NCBI GenBank assembly: GCA_964447385.1
Contig: CAYUSV010000001.1
Coordinates: 1-57,988 of the forward strand
DNA: 57,988 nucleotides
Source: an uncultured Campylobacterales bacterium
GTDB taxonomy: Bacteria; Campylobacterota; Campylobacteria; Campylobacterales; QNZT01
Direction: 5' to 3'
In this document: piece by piece, positions 26,055 to 36,305 of the stretch
Layout of the letters: each line of letters opens with the position of its first letter
Numbering within the stretch: the stretch's first letter is position 1
Position numbers and translations under genes: made by a program
The notes under the pieces: model-generated
What the model was told of the DNA's origin: nothing
What the model saw: the letters and a program-made list of their open reading frames with translations, nothing else
Databases searched by the model: none

Positions 26055-26145
26055 ATCATTAGACTTCTTGTAAAACTATATCTTAGAGGCAAATCCTCCC
26101 TTTGGTCTGAGCCTCATAATATAGTTTTACAAGAAGTCTAATGAT
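26055..26145. repeat. 91-nt element: perfect 27-bp inverted repeat around a 37-nt structured spacer
   Basis: Left arm ATCATTAGACTTCTTGTAAAACTATAT (26055-26081) is the exact reverse complement of right arm 26119-26145. An inner 5-bp GAGGC/GCCTC stem (26086-26090 / 26111-26115) encloses a 20-nt loop, AAATCCTCCCTTTGGTCTGA. It sits between divergent ahpC and metK, so it terminates no annotated gene. Confidence 0.8.
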
Positions 26146-26227
26146 GTTTTAGTTAAAAAGTTTATTTTTGTTAGAATTATGTCGATTATATTTAAAATCA
26201 TATATTAAAGTAGTTAGGACAGATAAA

Positions 26228-27382
26228 ATGGCGAAAAATTTTTTATTTACAAGTGAGAGTGTTACCGAAGGTCACCCAGATAAAATGGCTGATCAGATAA
26301 GTGATGCTATACTTGATTATATTATACAAAGAGATCCAAATGCTAGAGTTGCATGTGAGACGCTACTTTCTAATGGTTTTTGTATCATAGCAGGTGAGCT
26401 TAAAACAAATACCTATGCCCCCATGCAAGATATCGCAAGAGAAGTGATTAGAGAGATTGGTTATACCGATGCACGGTTTGGATTTGATTATCGAAGTGCG
26501 GGTGTTTTAAATGGTGTTGGAGAGCAGAGTCCTGATATAAATCAAGGAGTTGACCAAAAAGGTGGTGAGATTGGTGCTGGCGATCAAGGTCTTATGTTTG
26601 GATATGCGTGTAAAGAGACTGATGTTTTGATGCCACTGCCGATACATTATGCTCATAAATTAACTTTAGGATTGTCTGAAGTTAGAAAAAAAGGTATATT
26701 GCCATATTTAAGACCTGATGGAAAAGCTCAAATTAGTGTTAGATATGTTGATGGTAAGCCGACAGTGATTGATACTATTGTTCTTTCAACTCAGCATGCA
26801 CCTGAGATTGAACAAGATCAATTAAAAGAGGCAGTGATAGAAGAGGTTATCAAAAAAAACATTCCCTCTTCTTTATTGGCAAAAGATGTCAAATATCATA
26901 TAAACCCAACTGGAAGATTTGTAATTGGTGGTCCACAAGGTGATGCAGGATTGACAGGTAGAAAGATCATTGTTGATACTTATGGGGGGAGCTGTCCACA
27001 CGGTGGTGGTGCTTTTAGTGGTAAAGATCCATCTAAAGTTGATAGAAGTGCAGCTTATATGGCAAGATATATAGCAAAAAATCTTGTAGCAGCTGATGTA
27101 AGTGAAAAAGTTACAATTCAATTGGCGTATGCTATTGGTGTTGTAGAGCCAGTATCGATTTTAGTAGATACACACGGTGGATCAAATATAGACGATCAAA
27201 AACTTGAAGCTTGTGTAAGAGAGATATTTAAGTTAACTCCAAAAGGGATTATTGAAAGTTTAGATCTCTTAAAACCTATATATAAAAAAACAGCAGCATA
27301 TGGACATTTTGGAAGAGATAGCTTTAGTTGGGAGAAAACAGACAAAATTGAAGAGATAAAAGAGTATTTAAATCTCTTATAA
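26228..27382 (+). CDS. metK: S-adenosylmethionine synthetase
   Basis: Starts [19 protein letters not shown] at the ATG at 26228 (the track's TTG at 26168 adds 20 non-conserved residues). GAGDQG and GGGAFSGKD blocks are present. Confidence 0.95.
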   Translation: MAKNFLFTSESVTEGHPDKMADQISDAILDYIIQRDPNARVACETLLSNGFCIIAGELKTNTYAPMQDIAREVIREIGYTDARFGFDYRSAGVLNGVGEQSPDINQGVDQKGGEIGAGDQGLMFGYACKETDVLMPLPIHYAHKLTLGLSEVRKKGILPYLRPDGKAQISVRYVDGKPTVIDTIVLSTQHAPEIEQDQLKEAVIEEVIKKNIPSSLLAKDVKYHINPTGRFVIGGPQGDAGLTGRKIIVDTYGGSCPHGGGAFSGKDPSKVDRSAAYMARYIAKNLVAADVSEKVTIQLAYAIGVVEPVSILVDTHGGSNIDDQKLEACVREIFKLTPKGIIESLDLLKPIYKKTAAYGHFGRDSFSWEKTDKIEEIKEYLNLL

Positions 27383-27463
27383 AGAGAATAATTATTAATA
27401 AACTAGATTTTTTATTATTTTTTTGATATAATTTTGTGCTAAAACAATAACAAAGGAATTAAG

Positions 27464-27739
27464 ATGGCAGTAATAATAACTGATACATGTATCAATTGTG
27501 GAGCATGTATCGATGAGTGTCCAGTAGAGGCAATTGTTGATGAGGATGATAACCCAACGGCAGAAGAGATATATTATGTATTTGAAGATAAATGTGTAGA
27601 GTGTGTTGATCATTATGATACACCAGCATGTGCAGAGTCTTGTCCTACTGAGGGTTGTATAGTTTGGGGTGAAGCAAAAGACGGCATGACTATTTCATCT
27701 GATAGAGGCGATGCTAATACACCTTGTATTGACGAATAA
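27464..27739 (+). CDS. 2x[4Fe-4S] ferredoxin
   Basis: 91 aa with CINCGACIDECP and CVEC...CAESCP cluster motifs. The extended -10 TGATATAAT lies ~35 nt upstream. Confidence 0.85.
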   Translation: MAVIITDTCINCGACIDECPVEAIVDEDDNPTAEEIYYVFEDKCVECVDHYDTPACAESCPTEGCIVWGEAKDGMTISSDRGDANTPCIDE

Positions 27740-27755
27740 TATTTTGTAATTGAGT

Positions 27756-27785
27756 AGGGGTTTGATGCCCCTTTTCAATTTTTTA
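27756..27785 (+). terminator. intrinsic terminator after the ferredoxin gene
   Basis: AGGGG-TTTGATG-CCCCT followed by TTTCAATTTTTT. Confidence 0.6.
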
Positions 27786-27884
27786 AAAAAAATCTTGCAT
27801 TTAAACTTCATTAAAACTACATTCCGCTATACTCCTTCGCTTTTAAATAGTTAAAAAATTATAAAATTATTGGAGAATATAGAC

Positions 27885-28298
27885 ATGGAACAGACATTAT
27901 CGATTATCAAGCCAGACGCAGTTAAAAAAGGTGTTATTGGAAAAATTATAGATAGATTTGAGTCAAATGGATTAAGAGTTGCCGCTATGAAAAAGATACA
28001 ATTGGATGAAAATAGAGCAGGTCAATTTTATGAAGTACATAAAGATAGACCTTTTTTTGGTGAATTAGTCGAATTTATGACAAGTGGTCCGGTTGTGGCT
28101 ATGGTTTTAGAGGGTGAAAATGCTATGGCAAAAAACAGAGATCTTATGGGTGCTACAAATCCAAAAGAGGCAGCAAAGGGTACAATTAGAGCTGATTTTG
28201 CTGATAGTATCGATGCAAATGCCGTTCACGGGAGTGATTCATTGGAAAATGCTGCTAATGAAATAAAGTTCTTCTTTAGTAAAGAAGAGGTATCATAG
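27885..28298 (+). CDS. ndk: nucleoside diphosphate kinase
   Basis: [11 protein letters not shown]... and NAVHGSD (active-site His). The ATG at 27885 lies 9 nt after GGAG (the track's TTG start is at 27870). Confidence 0.95.
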   Translation: MEQTLSIIKPDAVKKGVIGKIIDRFESNGLRVAAMKKIQLDENRAGQFYEVHKDRPFFGELVEFMTSGPVVAMVLEGENAMAKNRDLMGATNPKEAAKGTIRADFADSIDANAVHGSDSLENAANEIKFFFSKEEVS

Positions 28299-28313
28299 GT
28301 TTTTTGAATATAG

Positions 28314-28658
28314 ATGAAAATTGAATTTAGAAAGACTCCCTATACTGAGTCAGAATTTCAACTTATAGAGGATAAGCTTCAATGTAAAGCTGTTTTCTAC
28401 AAGGAGTCTGCCAAGATTATTAATTTAGAGATTGACATGAGTGGTGAGATCGTTTTGGATTGTGATATATGTGGAGTAACTTTTGATTTAGCAATAGATG
28501 AGAAAGTGGCAATCAAGGTAAGTGATGGTGAATCTAAAGATGAAGATTTAGATATAGTCGAGTGTCAAGATCACATAGTAGATTTTGATGAAATTATTAA
28601 AAGTGAAATCTCTTCAATTAAAAGTGATTATCACTACTGTAACAAATGTAAAAATTAA
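28314..28658 (+). CDS. DUF177 (YceD-like) protein
   Basis: 114 aa, acidic, with Cys pairs CDIC and CNKC. It holds the conserved position immediately upstream of rpmF-plsX. Confidence 0.7.
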   Translation: MKIEFRKTPYTESEFQLIEDKLQCKAVFYKESAKIINLEIDMSGEIVLDCDICGVTFDLAIDEKVAIKVSDGESKDEDLDIVECQDHIVDFDEIIKSEISSIKSDYHYCNKCKN

Positions 28659-28669
28659 GGAGAATAAAA

Positions 28670-28828
28670 ATGGCAGTACCAAAGAGACGCGTGAGTAAAA
28701 CACGTGCTGCAAAAAGAAGAACACACTACAAATTAACTCTTCCAAGACCTGTGAAAGACAGTGATGGAACTTGGAGAATGCCACACCATATTAACAAGAC
28801 TACAGGCGAATATAAAGCAAGTAGTTAG
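28670..28828 (+). CDS. rpmF: 50S ribosomal protein L32
   Basis: Below the ORF-track cutoff. My translation is [52 protein letters not shown] (52 aa). AAGGAGA SD upstream, and it precedes plsX as usual. Confidence 0.9.
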   Translation: MAVPKRRVSKTRAAKRRTHYKLTLPRPVKDSDGTWRMPHHINKTTGEYKASS

Positions 28829-29821
28829 ATGCATACTATAGCAGTTGATGCGATGGGAGGGGATTTTGGTCCTATTCCAATCGTAGATGGAGTCGTATTG
28901 GCTCTTAAAAAATCAAAACAGAAGTTTAATGTCATTTTAGTTGGTAAACCTATAGATTTTTCACACAAAATTCCAAAGAAATTTCAAAAATATATTGATA
29001 TAGTAGAGTGTAATGATATTTTTTCTATGAGTGAAAGCGCAACAGATGCACTTAAGCGAAAAGAGTCAACGATTTATAAAGCTGTCGAATTAGTTCGTGA
29101 TAAAAAAGCGCAAGCAGTAGTTTCAGCAGGACATAGTGGAGCCACTATGACTCTCTCAACTCTAAGACTTGGTCGTCTTGAAGGTGTAACTAGACCTGCT
29201 ATTGCTACGCTTATGCCTACAGCTACAGGTGGACGGAGTCTGGTTTTAGATGTGGGTGCCAATGTTGATTGTAAAAGTGAACATTTATTTGAATTTGGTC
29301 TTATGGGTCATGCTTATGCTAAAGATGTTTTAGGTGTAGCAGAGCCTAGAATTGGAATTTTATCAAATGGCGAAGAGAAATCTAAAGGGACTGAGATAAC
29401 AAAAGAGGCGTATGAGCTTTTGAGTGTTCACCCATCTTTTATAGGAAATGTTGAAGGTAGTGATATTTTTAATGATAGTGTTGATGTAGTTGTATGTGAT
29501 GGTTTTGTTGGAAATATACTCTTAAAAACAAGTGAGGGAGTAGCTAGCTCTATCTCCAAATTGATCAAATTAAATATTAAAAGATCTCCCACTGCACTTA
29601 CAGGTGCGCTTTTGATGCGTCGAGTTTTTAAGCTTTTAAAAAAACAGATAGATTATGCAGAATATGGTGGAGCACCCTTGATAGGTGTAAAAAATTGTAC
29701 AATTATATGTCATGGCAAGAGCAATAAAATAGCAATTAAAAATGCCATGTATCAAGCTAGAGATTTTTTAGAGACAAATATTAATCAAGATATAGAAGAT
29801 TCATTAGCTTTATATAGATAA
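28829..29821 (+). CDS. plsX: phosphate acyltransferase
   Basis: 330 aa with [16 protein letters not shown] and VCDGFVGN blocks. Confidence 0.95.
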   Translation: MHTIAVDAMGGDFGPIPIVDGVVLALKKSKQKFNVILVGKPIDFSHKIPKKFQKYIDIVECNDIFSMSESATDALKRKESTIYKAVELVRDKKAQAVVSAGHSGATMTLSTLRLGRLEGVTRPAIATLMPTATGGRSLVLDVGANVDCKSEHLFEFGLMGHAYAKDVLGVAEPRIGILSNGEEKSKGTEITKEAYELLSVHPSFIGNVEGSDIFNDSVDVVVCDGFVGNILLKTSEGVASSISKLIKLNIKRSPTALTGALLMRRVFKLLKKQIDYAEYGGAPLIGVKNCTIICHGKSNKIAIKNAMYQARDFLETNINQDIEDSLALYR

Positions 29822-29841
29822 AATGCTTTAAAAGGAAACTA

Positions 29842-30834
29842 ATGTACGCATCATTTAAATCAATAGGGGCATATGTTCCTGTTAAAAAATTAACCAATAA
29901 AGATCTTGAAAAAATGGTTGATACAAGTGATGAGTGGATTAAGCAACGAACAGGCATCGAGCAGAGACACATTGCAGATGATGACCAATCCACGAGTGAT
30001 TTAGCGTATGAAGCTGCAAAAATAGCGATTGAGCGTTCAGGTTTAAATTATAGTGAGATAGATGCAATAATTTGCGCTACAATAACTCCTGATTTTTTAT
30101 GTATGCCATCAACTGCTTGTGTAGTTGCCGATAAATTAGGAATTTCTCACATCACAGCTTTTGATATAAGTGCCGCGTGTAGTGGCTTTGTCTACTCATT
30201 GAATATCGCTAAAGCTTTTATCGAGTCAGGAATTAAAAAAAATGTCTTAATAATTGGCGCCGAAAAGATGAGCTCTATTGTTGATTATAAAGATAGAACT
30301 ACATGTATACTTTTTGGTGATGGAGCAGGAGCAGCTGTGATAGGCTCTTGTGAAAAACAAAAAGAGTCAGTAGTTGATGTCCATACTTCATCAGATGGCT
30401 CTTATGGTGATTTTTTAATTACTCCAGGTTGTGGATCTAAAAATCCTTGCAGTCAAAATGTTATAGATCAAGGGCTTAATTTTCTAAAGATGAAGGGTAA
30501 TGAAACTTTTAAAGTAGCGGTCAATACCCTCACAAAAGATGTTAAAAATATTTTAGAGAAAAATGGATTAAACAGTGAAAATATAGATTTTTTCATACCT
30601 CACCAAGCAAATTTTAGAATTATTGATGCCGTAGCTAAAAAACTGAATTTTCCAATGCAAAAGGTTGTTATGACAGTTGAAAAATATGGCAATACTTCAG
30701 CGGCTTCAATCCCTATGGCTATAAATGATTGGTATGAACAAGGTAGATTAAAATCTGGTGATTTGATGCTTTTGGATACTTTTGGTGGTGGTTTGACATG
30801 GGGAAGTTCACTGGTCTATTTTAATCAAAAATAG
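29842..30834 (+). CDS. fabH: 3-oxoacyl-ACP synthase III
   Basis: 330 aa with the active-site AACSGF, HQAN and GNTSAASIP. Confidence 0.95.
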   Translation: MYASFKSIGAYVPVKKLTNKDLEKMVDTSDEWIKQRTGIEQRHIADDDQSTSDLAYEAAKIAIERSGLNYSEIDAIICATITPDFLCMPSTACVVADKLGISHITAFDISAACSGFVYSLNIAKAFIESGIKKNVLIIGAEKMSSIVDYKDRTTCILFGDGAGAAVIGSCEKQKESVVDVHTSSDGSYGDFLITPGCGSKNPCSQNVIDQGLNFLKMKGNETFKVAVNTLTKDVKNILEKNGLNSENIDFFIPHQANFRIIDAVAKKLNFPMQKVVMTVEKYGNTSAASIPMAINDWYEQGRLKSGDLMLLDTFGGGLTWGSSLVYFNQK

Positions 30835-31194
30835 ATGAAAATATTTCAAAATGATCTCATTTATATCAAAATACAGGAGAGTGAAATACCTTGGCTTATA
30901 GTTTTTACATTAGAACCATACAAAGAGTTTAGTGAGTGTAAAAAAGAGGTAAAAGAGGAGATCTGGCGAGTACTTGATATCATAGAGAGACAACTCCTCT
31001 CATACTACAATCCAAAAAAGATAAATATAGCCTCTTTTGGAAATTATCTTCCACATGTTCATTTTCATATAATGGCGCGTTTTGAAGAAGATTCATATTT
31101 TCCAGAACCTATGTGGGGAGAGAAACAAAGAGAGTCTGATTTAGAACTTAAAAGTTTTGATGAGTTTGTAGCAAAACTAAAACCCCTCTTGTAG
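30835..31194 (+). CDS. HIT family protein
   Basis: 119 aa with the histidine triad HVHFHIMARF. Confidence 0.75.
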   Translation: MKIFQNDLIYIKIQESEIPWLIVFTLEPYKEFSECKKEVKEEIWRVLDIIERQLLSYYNPKKINIASFGNYLPHVHFHIMARFEEDSYFPEPMWGEKQRESDLELKSFDEFVAKLKPLL

Positions 31195-31794
31195 AGTCTT
31201 CCATAATTTATCTACTTCATTATCATTTAAATTCAGTGTTGATGCAGTTTTAAAAAGTTCTTGCGCTTTTGCTATGTTTATAATCTCTCCAAAGATACAT
31301 TTTTGATGTGCGGGTAAAAAGCTTCTTGTTATCACAAGATTATCATCTATTGTCTCTTGACATATCAAGCAGGTAAAATCATCGTGAAGTCTACCCTCGT
31401 ATTTTAAAAGTGTGATATATGATTCAACTACTACTCTTGCGGGATTCTGTTTTTGGAATTTTTGATTCATCTGATCTAATAATTCAAAATAGAAACTATC
31501 AAGCTCTTGGACATCTCTTAAATGTTTAAACAAAAGTCTGATAAATTGTTGCCAGATAAAAAATCGTTTTGGATTAATTATCCATTTGTTGCCAAGATGA
31601 AGCACTCTTCTTAGCATAGGGATAGAAGATTTTACTGAACTTAATGATTCAAAATCGATTTTATAGCCAAGATTTATCTGTCCATGTCTGGCTCCATAAA
31701 ATCTATAAAGAGTTTTTAATCTATTTTGTGTTAAGACAGAGACAATTAAGTCTTCATCTTTAACTCTATTTATGTTTAGTATATACCCTTGCAT
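31177..31794 (-). CDS. recO: DNA repair protein RecO (short epsilonproteobacterial type)
   Basis: 205 aa with the N-terminal OB-fold-like MQGYILNINRVKDEDLIVSVLT and a Cys pair, CLIC...HQKC. Its 3' end overlaps the HIT gene convergently by 18 nt. Confidence 0.65.
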   Translation of the reverse strand: MQGYILNINRVKDEDLIVSVLTQNRLKTLYRFYGARHGQINLGYKIDFESLSSVKSSIPMLRRVLHLGNKWIINPKRFFIWQQFIRLLFKHLRDVQELDSFYFELLDQMNQKFQKQNPARVVVESYITLLKYEGRLHDDFTCLICQETIDDNLVITRSFLPAHQKCIFGEIINIAKAQELFKTASTLNLNDNEVDKLWKTLQEGF

Positions 31795-31880
31795 AGGCTA
31801 TTGTAGCAAATAGGCTCTAAAATCAACAAATTTTTACTCTCATTTAGCTAAAATGAGCAACTTTTAAACAAAGGTTTTAT

Positions 31881-34800
31881 ATGGATTTACTCACAAGTTT
31901 TAAAGATAACTGTGGCTTTGGACTTTTAGCTTCTATCGACAATAAACCAACACATCAAAATGTTGAAGATGCTATCACAGCGTTAGAGCGAATGATGCAT
32001 AGAGGGGCGATTGCAGCTGATGGAAAGAGTGGAGATGGTAGTGGACTTCTTTTTGGAATGCCTATAGAGTTTATGAAAAAACAGGCCCAAACTCTTGGTG
32101 TATCTTTGCCTCGTGAGTTTGCAGTCGGTATGCTTTTTATGCAAGATGAAGCACAAAAAATAAAAATTGACGAACTGTGTGCAAACAATGACCTAAAAGT
32201 TCTTCTTTATAGAAATGTTCCAATAGATAAATCAGCCCTTGGAGAGAGTGCGTTAGAGTCTTTGCCTAAAATTGTTCAAATATTTATAGCACCAAACTCT
32301 ATCATAGCAGCTAAAAGATTTGATGCACTTTTGTATCTTACAAGACGAGAAATTGAAGCTTTCTTTGCAGATGAAAAAGATTTTTATATTCCATCTTTCT
32401 CTAGTTCTGTTATCTCCTATAAAGGGTTGGTCATGCCAACACACATTAGAGAGTTTTACAAAGATCTTACATGTGAGGATTTTAAGGTAGTTTTTGCACT
32501 ATTTCATCAAAGATTTTCGACAAATACACTTCCAGAGTGGAGATTAGCACAACCTTTTAGAGCAATTGCACACAATGGTGAGATAAATTCTGTTGAAGCA
32601 AACCGTTTTAATGTTCAAGCAAAAAGCGAGTGGGTAAGAAGTAAACTATTTTCAAACAAAGAGTTATCTCAAATGTTCCCAATAACAAAAAGTGCTCAAA
32701 GCGATAGTGCTAGTTTAGATAATATGTTTGAATTTATGATTGTAAACGGTGTTGATTTTTTCAAAGCTGTACGATCTTTGATACCAGCACCTTGGCAAAA
32801 TGCACCACATATGGATTCACACTTAAGAGCTTTTTACGAGTACATGAGTACATGTTTTGAAGCTTGGGATGGACCAGCTGCTGTTAGTTTAACTGACGGC
32901 AGATATATAGGGTGTGTGCTTGATAGAAATGGATTAAGACCTGCAAAGTATATCATTACCAAAGATGACCGTATTATTATCTCAAGTGAATATGGAGTAC
33001 TTGATACTGATGAAGATAATATTTTAGAGAGAGGTCGTCTCCAAAGTGGTGAGATGATTGGCGTTGATCTAAAATTTGGAAAAATTTTAAAAAATAGTGA
33101 AATTGACAATTACTTAAAATCTACAAACACTTATGTTGAGTGGCTAAATAAAAACATGACTTATCTTCAAGAGTATATAGAGCTTCCTTTTTCTAATACA
33201 AAAGAGTATGAGTTGGAAAGTTTACAACTTAAACAGAGAATTGCCAATATCACCATAGAGACTATCGAAATGGTAATAGAGCCTATGATGAAAGATGGCA
33301 AAGAGAGTACAGGCTCTATGGGTGATGATACACCTTTGGCCGCATTTAGTCAAAAACAGAGATCATTTAGTGACTATTTTAAACAAAAGTTTGCACAAGT
33401 TACAAATCCTCCTATTGATCCACTTCGTGAAAAAGTTGTCATGAGTTTAAATACTGGATTTGGCGAAATTAGAAATATTTTAGAAGATGATCCCCAACAC
33501 GCTATAAGGCTAAAAGCAGTTTCACCTATCTTGATGCAAGAAAAATTAGAAGTGCTATTATCGTTTGGAGATCAATCGAATCCTCGTTATAAAGATTATT
33601 ATAAAAATAGATCATTTTCAACACTTTTTGAAAACAATTTAGAAAAATCTCTAACCACTCTTGTAGAAAAAATTGTAAACTCTGTTAAAGATGATGGTAT
33701 TCGTATCATTATACTTGATGATCGAAGCAAAAACGCAGATCTTAAACATATGCCAATGCTTTTAGTTGCAGGAAGACTAAACCATTCACTTTTAGATGCA
33801 GGACTTAGACATCTTACATCTACTATAGTAATTTCATCAGAAGTTATAGACTCTCACGCATGTGCTACTCTTATTGCATATGGTGTAAATGCTATCTATC
33901 CATATCTTTTATATGCAACTATTTTAGATATTGCTAAAAATCAAAAACTATCACCATCAGAGCTTAGAAATAGTTTTAAAAATTCACATCACGCTCTTGG
34001 AGTCGGTATCTTAAAAATTATGTCAAAGATGGGGATTGCAACGATTGCCTCTTATAGAAATTCATCTTTGTTTGATGTTATGGGACTCTCCAAAGATGTG
34101 GTTAAGTCATGTTTTAGAGATTCCCATGCGTTGATTGCCGGATTGGGATTTGAAGATTTAGAAAAGAGAATTGATAGAGATTATGAAAAAGCGTCAGAGA
34201 TAAAACATAGAAAAAAACTTTTGCCTTTAGAAATTGGTGGCTTTCACAAATATATACACGGTGATGAGCATCACGACTACTCACCGGCTGTTGTACATGC
34301 TATTCATAACTCTTCAATTACCAATAAAAAAGATGATTTTGAAGTTTTAAAAGAGTTATCATCAAAACGAAAGATGAAGATGGTTCGAGACTTTTTTGAG
34401 TTAAAACCGGATAAAAAACCGATATCAATTGATAAAGTAGAGCAAAAAGAGGAGATTTTTAAGAGGTTTGCAACTGCTGCTATGAGTCTTGGTTCTATCT
34501 CTCCTGAAGCTCATGAGGCTTTAGGTGAAGCGATGAATCAAATTGGTGCTCAATCAAACTGTGGAGAGGGTGGCGAAGCAAAAGAGAGACTGAAAAGTTC
34601 AAAAAGATCAAAGATCAAACAGATTGCATCTGGAAGATTTGGGGTTACACCTGAGTATTTAAGAAGTGCACAAGAGATTCAAATCAAAATAGCGCAAGGT
34701 GCAAAACCAGGGGAGGGCGGTCAACTTCCAGGACATAAGGTAACACCTCTAATTGCATCTTTAAGATATACGACTCCAGGAGTTACACTCATATCTCCAC

Positions 34801-36305
34801 CACCTCACCATGATATCTACTCTATCGAGGATTTAGCGCAACTTATATTTGATATGAAGCAGATAAACCCTGATGCAACTATAACCGTAAAACTTGTCTC
34901 AACTGCAGGAGTTGGAACAATAGCCGCGGGCGTTGCAAAAGCGTATGCAGATAAGATTATCATATCAGGCGGAGATGGAGGTACAGGGGCTGCTCCTCTA
35001 ACCTCTATCAAATATGCTGGAAATCCATGGGAGTTGGGATTGAGTGAAGCACACAATGCATTGAAGGTCAATGGGCTTAGAGAGTTTGTGCACCTTCAAA
35101 CAGATGGAGGTTTAAAAACTGGTCTTGATGTGATAAAGGCTGCTCTTCTTGGAGCTGAGAGTTATGCTTTTGGTACGGCGGCTTTGACTGTAATTGGATG
35201 TAGGATTTTAAGAAGTTGCCATACAAATAAATGTACTGTAGGAGTAGCTACACAAGATCCAAACCTAAGAGAGCATTTTGTCGGTACTGTGGATCGTGTT
35301 GTGAACTATTTTACGCTTTTAGCTGAAGATGTACGGCAGATATTGGCACATTTAGGTTATGAGCGGATTGAAGATATAGTTGGAAGAAGTGATCTTTTAC
35401 AGGTTATTGATGATCCTTTTGCTAAAAAGTTTGATTTTTCAGATGTTTTAAGACGCCTTGATGGAGTCGATACATGCCAAAGAGAGTCAAATGAGCCGTT
35501 TGATAAAAATGAGTTTGAAAAGCAGATTTTAAAAGATATCTATAAAGTTATCGAAAATCCAGCTGAGAGTATTGTGATAAGAAAAGAGATTTGTAACTTA
35601 AATAGAAGTTTTGGAACTCTCATAAGTGGTGAAATTGCAAAATATTATGGAGATAAAGGGCTTCTTGATGAGAGTATCAAGTTTAAGTTAAAAGGAGTTG
35701 CTGGTCAATCGTTGGGGGCATTTTTAATAAATGGAATCTCTATCCACCTAAGAGGTGCGGCGAATGATTATGTAGGTAAAGGGATGAATGGCGGTAAAAT
35801 TGTAGTTGCTCCAAAAACTCAAGGGGAGATGTTCTCAGGTGCTGGAAATACTTGTCTTTATGGTGCAACTGGAGGAACTCTTTATGTGTGTGGAAGTGTG
35901 GGTGAAAGATTTTGTGTAAGAAACTCTGGCGCTACTGCTGTTGTAGAAGGCACAGGAGATCATGCTTGTGAGTATATGACAGGTGGTGTTGTGGCGATAC
36001 TTGGAAAAACTGGTATAAATTTTGGTGCAGGTATGACAGGTGGTATTGCTTTTATATATGATAAAGATCATGATTTTATAGACAAACTAAATCAAGAGTT
36101 AGTTATTGCTGCTAGAATTGACACAGATGAGTCTGATGAAGAGAGACACTTTATTAAAAAATTGCTTATCAAATATGTAGATGAAACTTCAAGCAAAAAA
36201 GCGCAATATATACTTGATAATTTTAGACATACGCTTAGAGATTTTTGGATGGTTAGACCAAAAAACATGACTAAAATGCCACTCAATCCAGATGAGGGAG
36301 ATTAA
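31881..36305 (+). CDS. gltB: glutamate synthase large subunit
   Basis: 1474 aa with the Ntn-amidotransferase N-terminus ...NCGFGLLA, an FMN/Fe-S central domain and a C-terminal GXGXG beta-helix. Confidence 0.97.
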   Translation: MDLLTSFKDNCGFGLLASIDNKPTHQNVEDAITALERMMHRGAIAADGKSGDGSGLLFGMPIEFMKKQAQTLGVSLPREFAVGMLFMQDEAQKIKIDELCANNDLKVLLYRNVPIDKSALGESALESLPKIVQIFIAPNSIIAAKRFDALLYLTRREIEAFFADEKDFYIPSFSSSVISYKGLVMPTHIREFYKDLTCEDFKVVFALFHQRFSTNTLPEWRLAQPFRAIAHNGEINSVEANRFNVQAKSEWVRSKLFSNKELSQMFPITKSAQSDSASLDNMFEFMIVNGVDFFKAVRSLIPAPWQNAPHMDSHLRAFYEYMSTCFEAWDGPAAVSLTDGRYIGCVLDRNGLRPAKYIITKDDRIIISSEYGVLDTDEDNILERGRLQSGEMIGVDLKFGKILKNSEIDNYLKSTNTYVEWLNKNMTYLQEYIELPFSNTKEYELESLQLKQRIANITIETIEMVIEPMMKDGKESTGSMGDDTPLAAFSQKQRSFSDYFKQKFAQVTNPPIDPLREKVVMSLNTGFGEIRNILEDDPQHAIRLKAVSPILMQEKLEVLLSFGDQSNPRYKDYYKNRSFSTLFENNLEKSLTTLVEKIVNSVKDDGIRIIILDDRSKNADLKHMPMLLVAGRLNHSLLDAGLRHLTSTIVISSEVIDSHACATLIAYGVNAIYPYLLYATILDIAKNQKLSPSELRNSFKNSHHALGVGILKIMSKMGIATIASYRNSSLFDVMGLSKDVVKSCFRDSHALIAGLGFEDLEKRIDRDYEKASEIKHRKKLLPLEIGGFHKYIHGDEHHDYSPAVVHAIHNSSITNKKDDFEVLKELSSKRKMKMVRDFFELKPDKKPISIDKVEQKEEIFKRFATAAMSLGSISPEAHEALGEAMNQIGAQSNCGEGGEAKERLKSSKRSKIKQIASGRFGVTPEYLRSAQEIQIKIAQGAKPGEGGQLPGHKVTPLIASLRYTTPGVTLISPPPHHDIYSIEDLAQLIFDMKQINPDATITVKLVSTAGVGTIAAGVAKAYADKIIISGGDGGTGAAPLTSIKYAGNPWELGLSEAHNALKVNGLREFVHLQTDGGLKTGLDVIKAALLGAESYAFGTAALTVIGCRILRSCHTNKCTVGVATQDPNLREHFVGTVDRVVNYFTLLAEDVRQILAHLGYERIEDIVGRSDLLQVIDDPFAKKFDFSDVLRRLDGVDTCQRESNEPFDKNEFEKQILKDIYKVIENPAESIVIRKEICNLNRSFGTLISGEIAKYYGDKGLLDESIKFKLKGVAGQSLGAFLINGISIHLRGAANDYVGKGMNGGKIVVAPKTQGEMFSGAGNTCLYGATGGTLYVCGSVGERFCVRNSGATAVVEGTGDHACEYMTGGVVAILGKTGINFGAGMTGGIAFIYDKDHDFIDKLNQELVIAARIDTDESDEERHFIKKLLIKYVDETSSKKAQYILDNFRHTLRDFWMVRPKNMTKMPLNPDEGD

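Noticed and set aside
26055-26227. SAM riboswitch in the metK leader
   Set aside because: The only structure present is a perfect 27-bp helix with a simple inner hairpin. I could not find the multi-helix junction, pseudoknot or conserved unpaired nucleotides of SAM-I/II/V-type elements by eye. The likely metK -10 elements also lie downstream of the repeat. A covariance-model scan would be needed to exclude it formally.
27395-27613. 72-aa minus-strand ORF overlapping the ferredoxin gene
   Set aside because: The plus-strand frame encodes canonical 4Fe-4S Cys motifs with a good promoter and SD. The antisense ORF has no support.
31955-36286. Several 63-91-aa minus-strand ORFs inside gltB
   Set aside because: They are antisense to a 1474-aa highly conserved gene. 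They are spurious.
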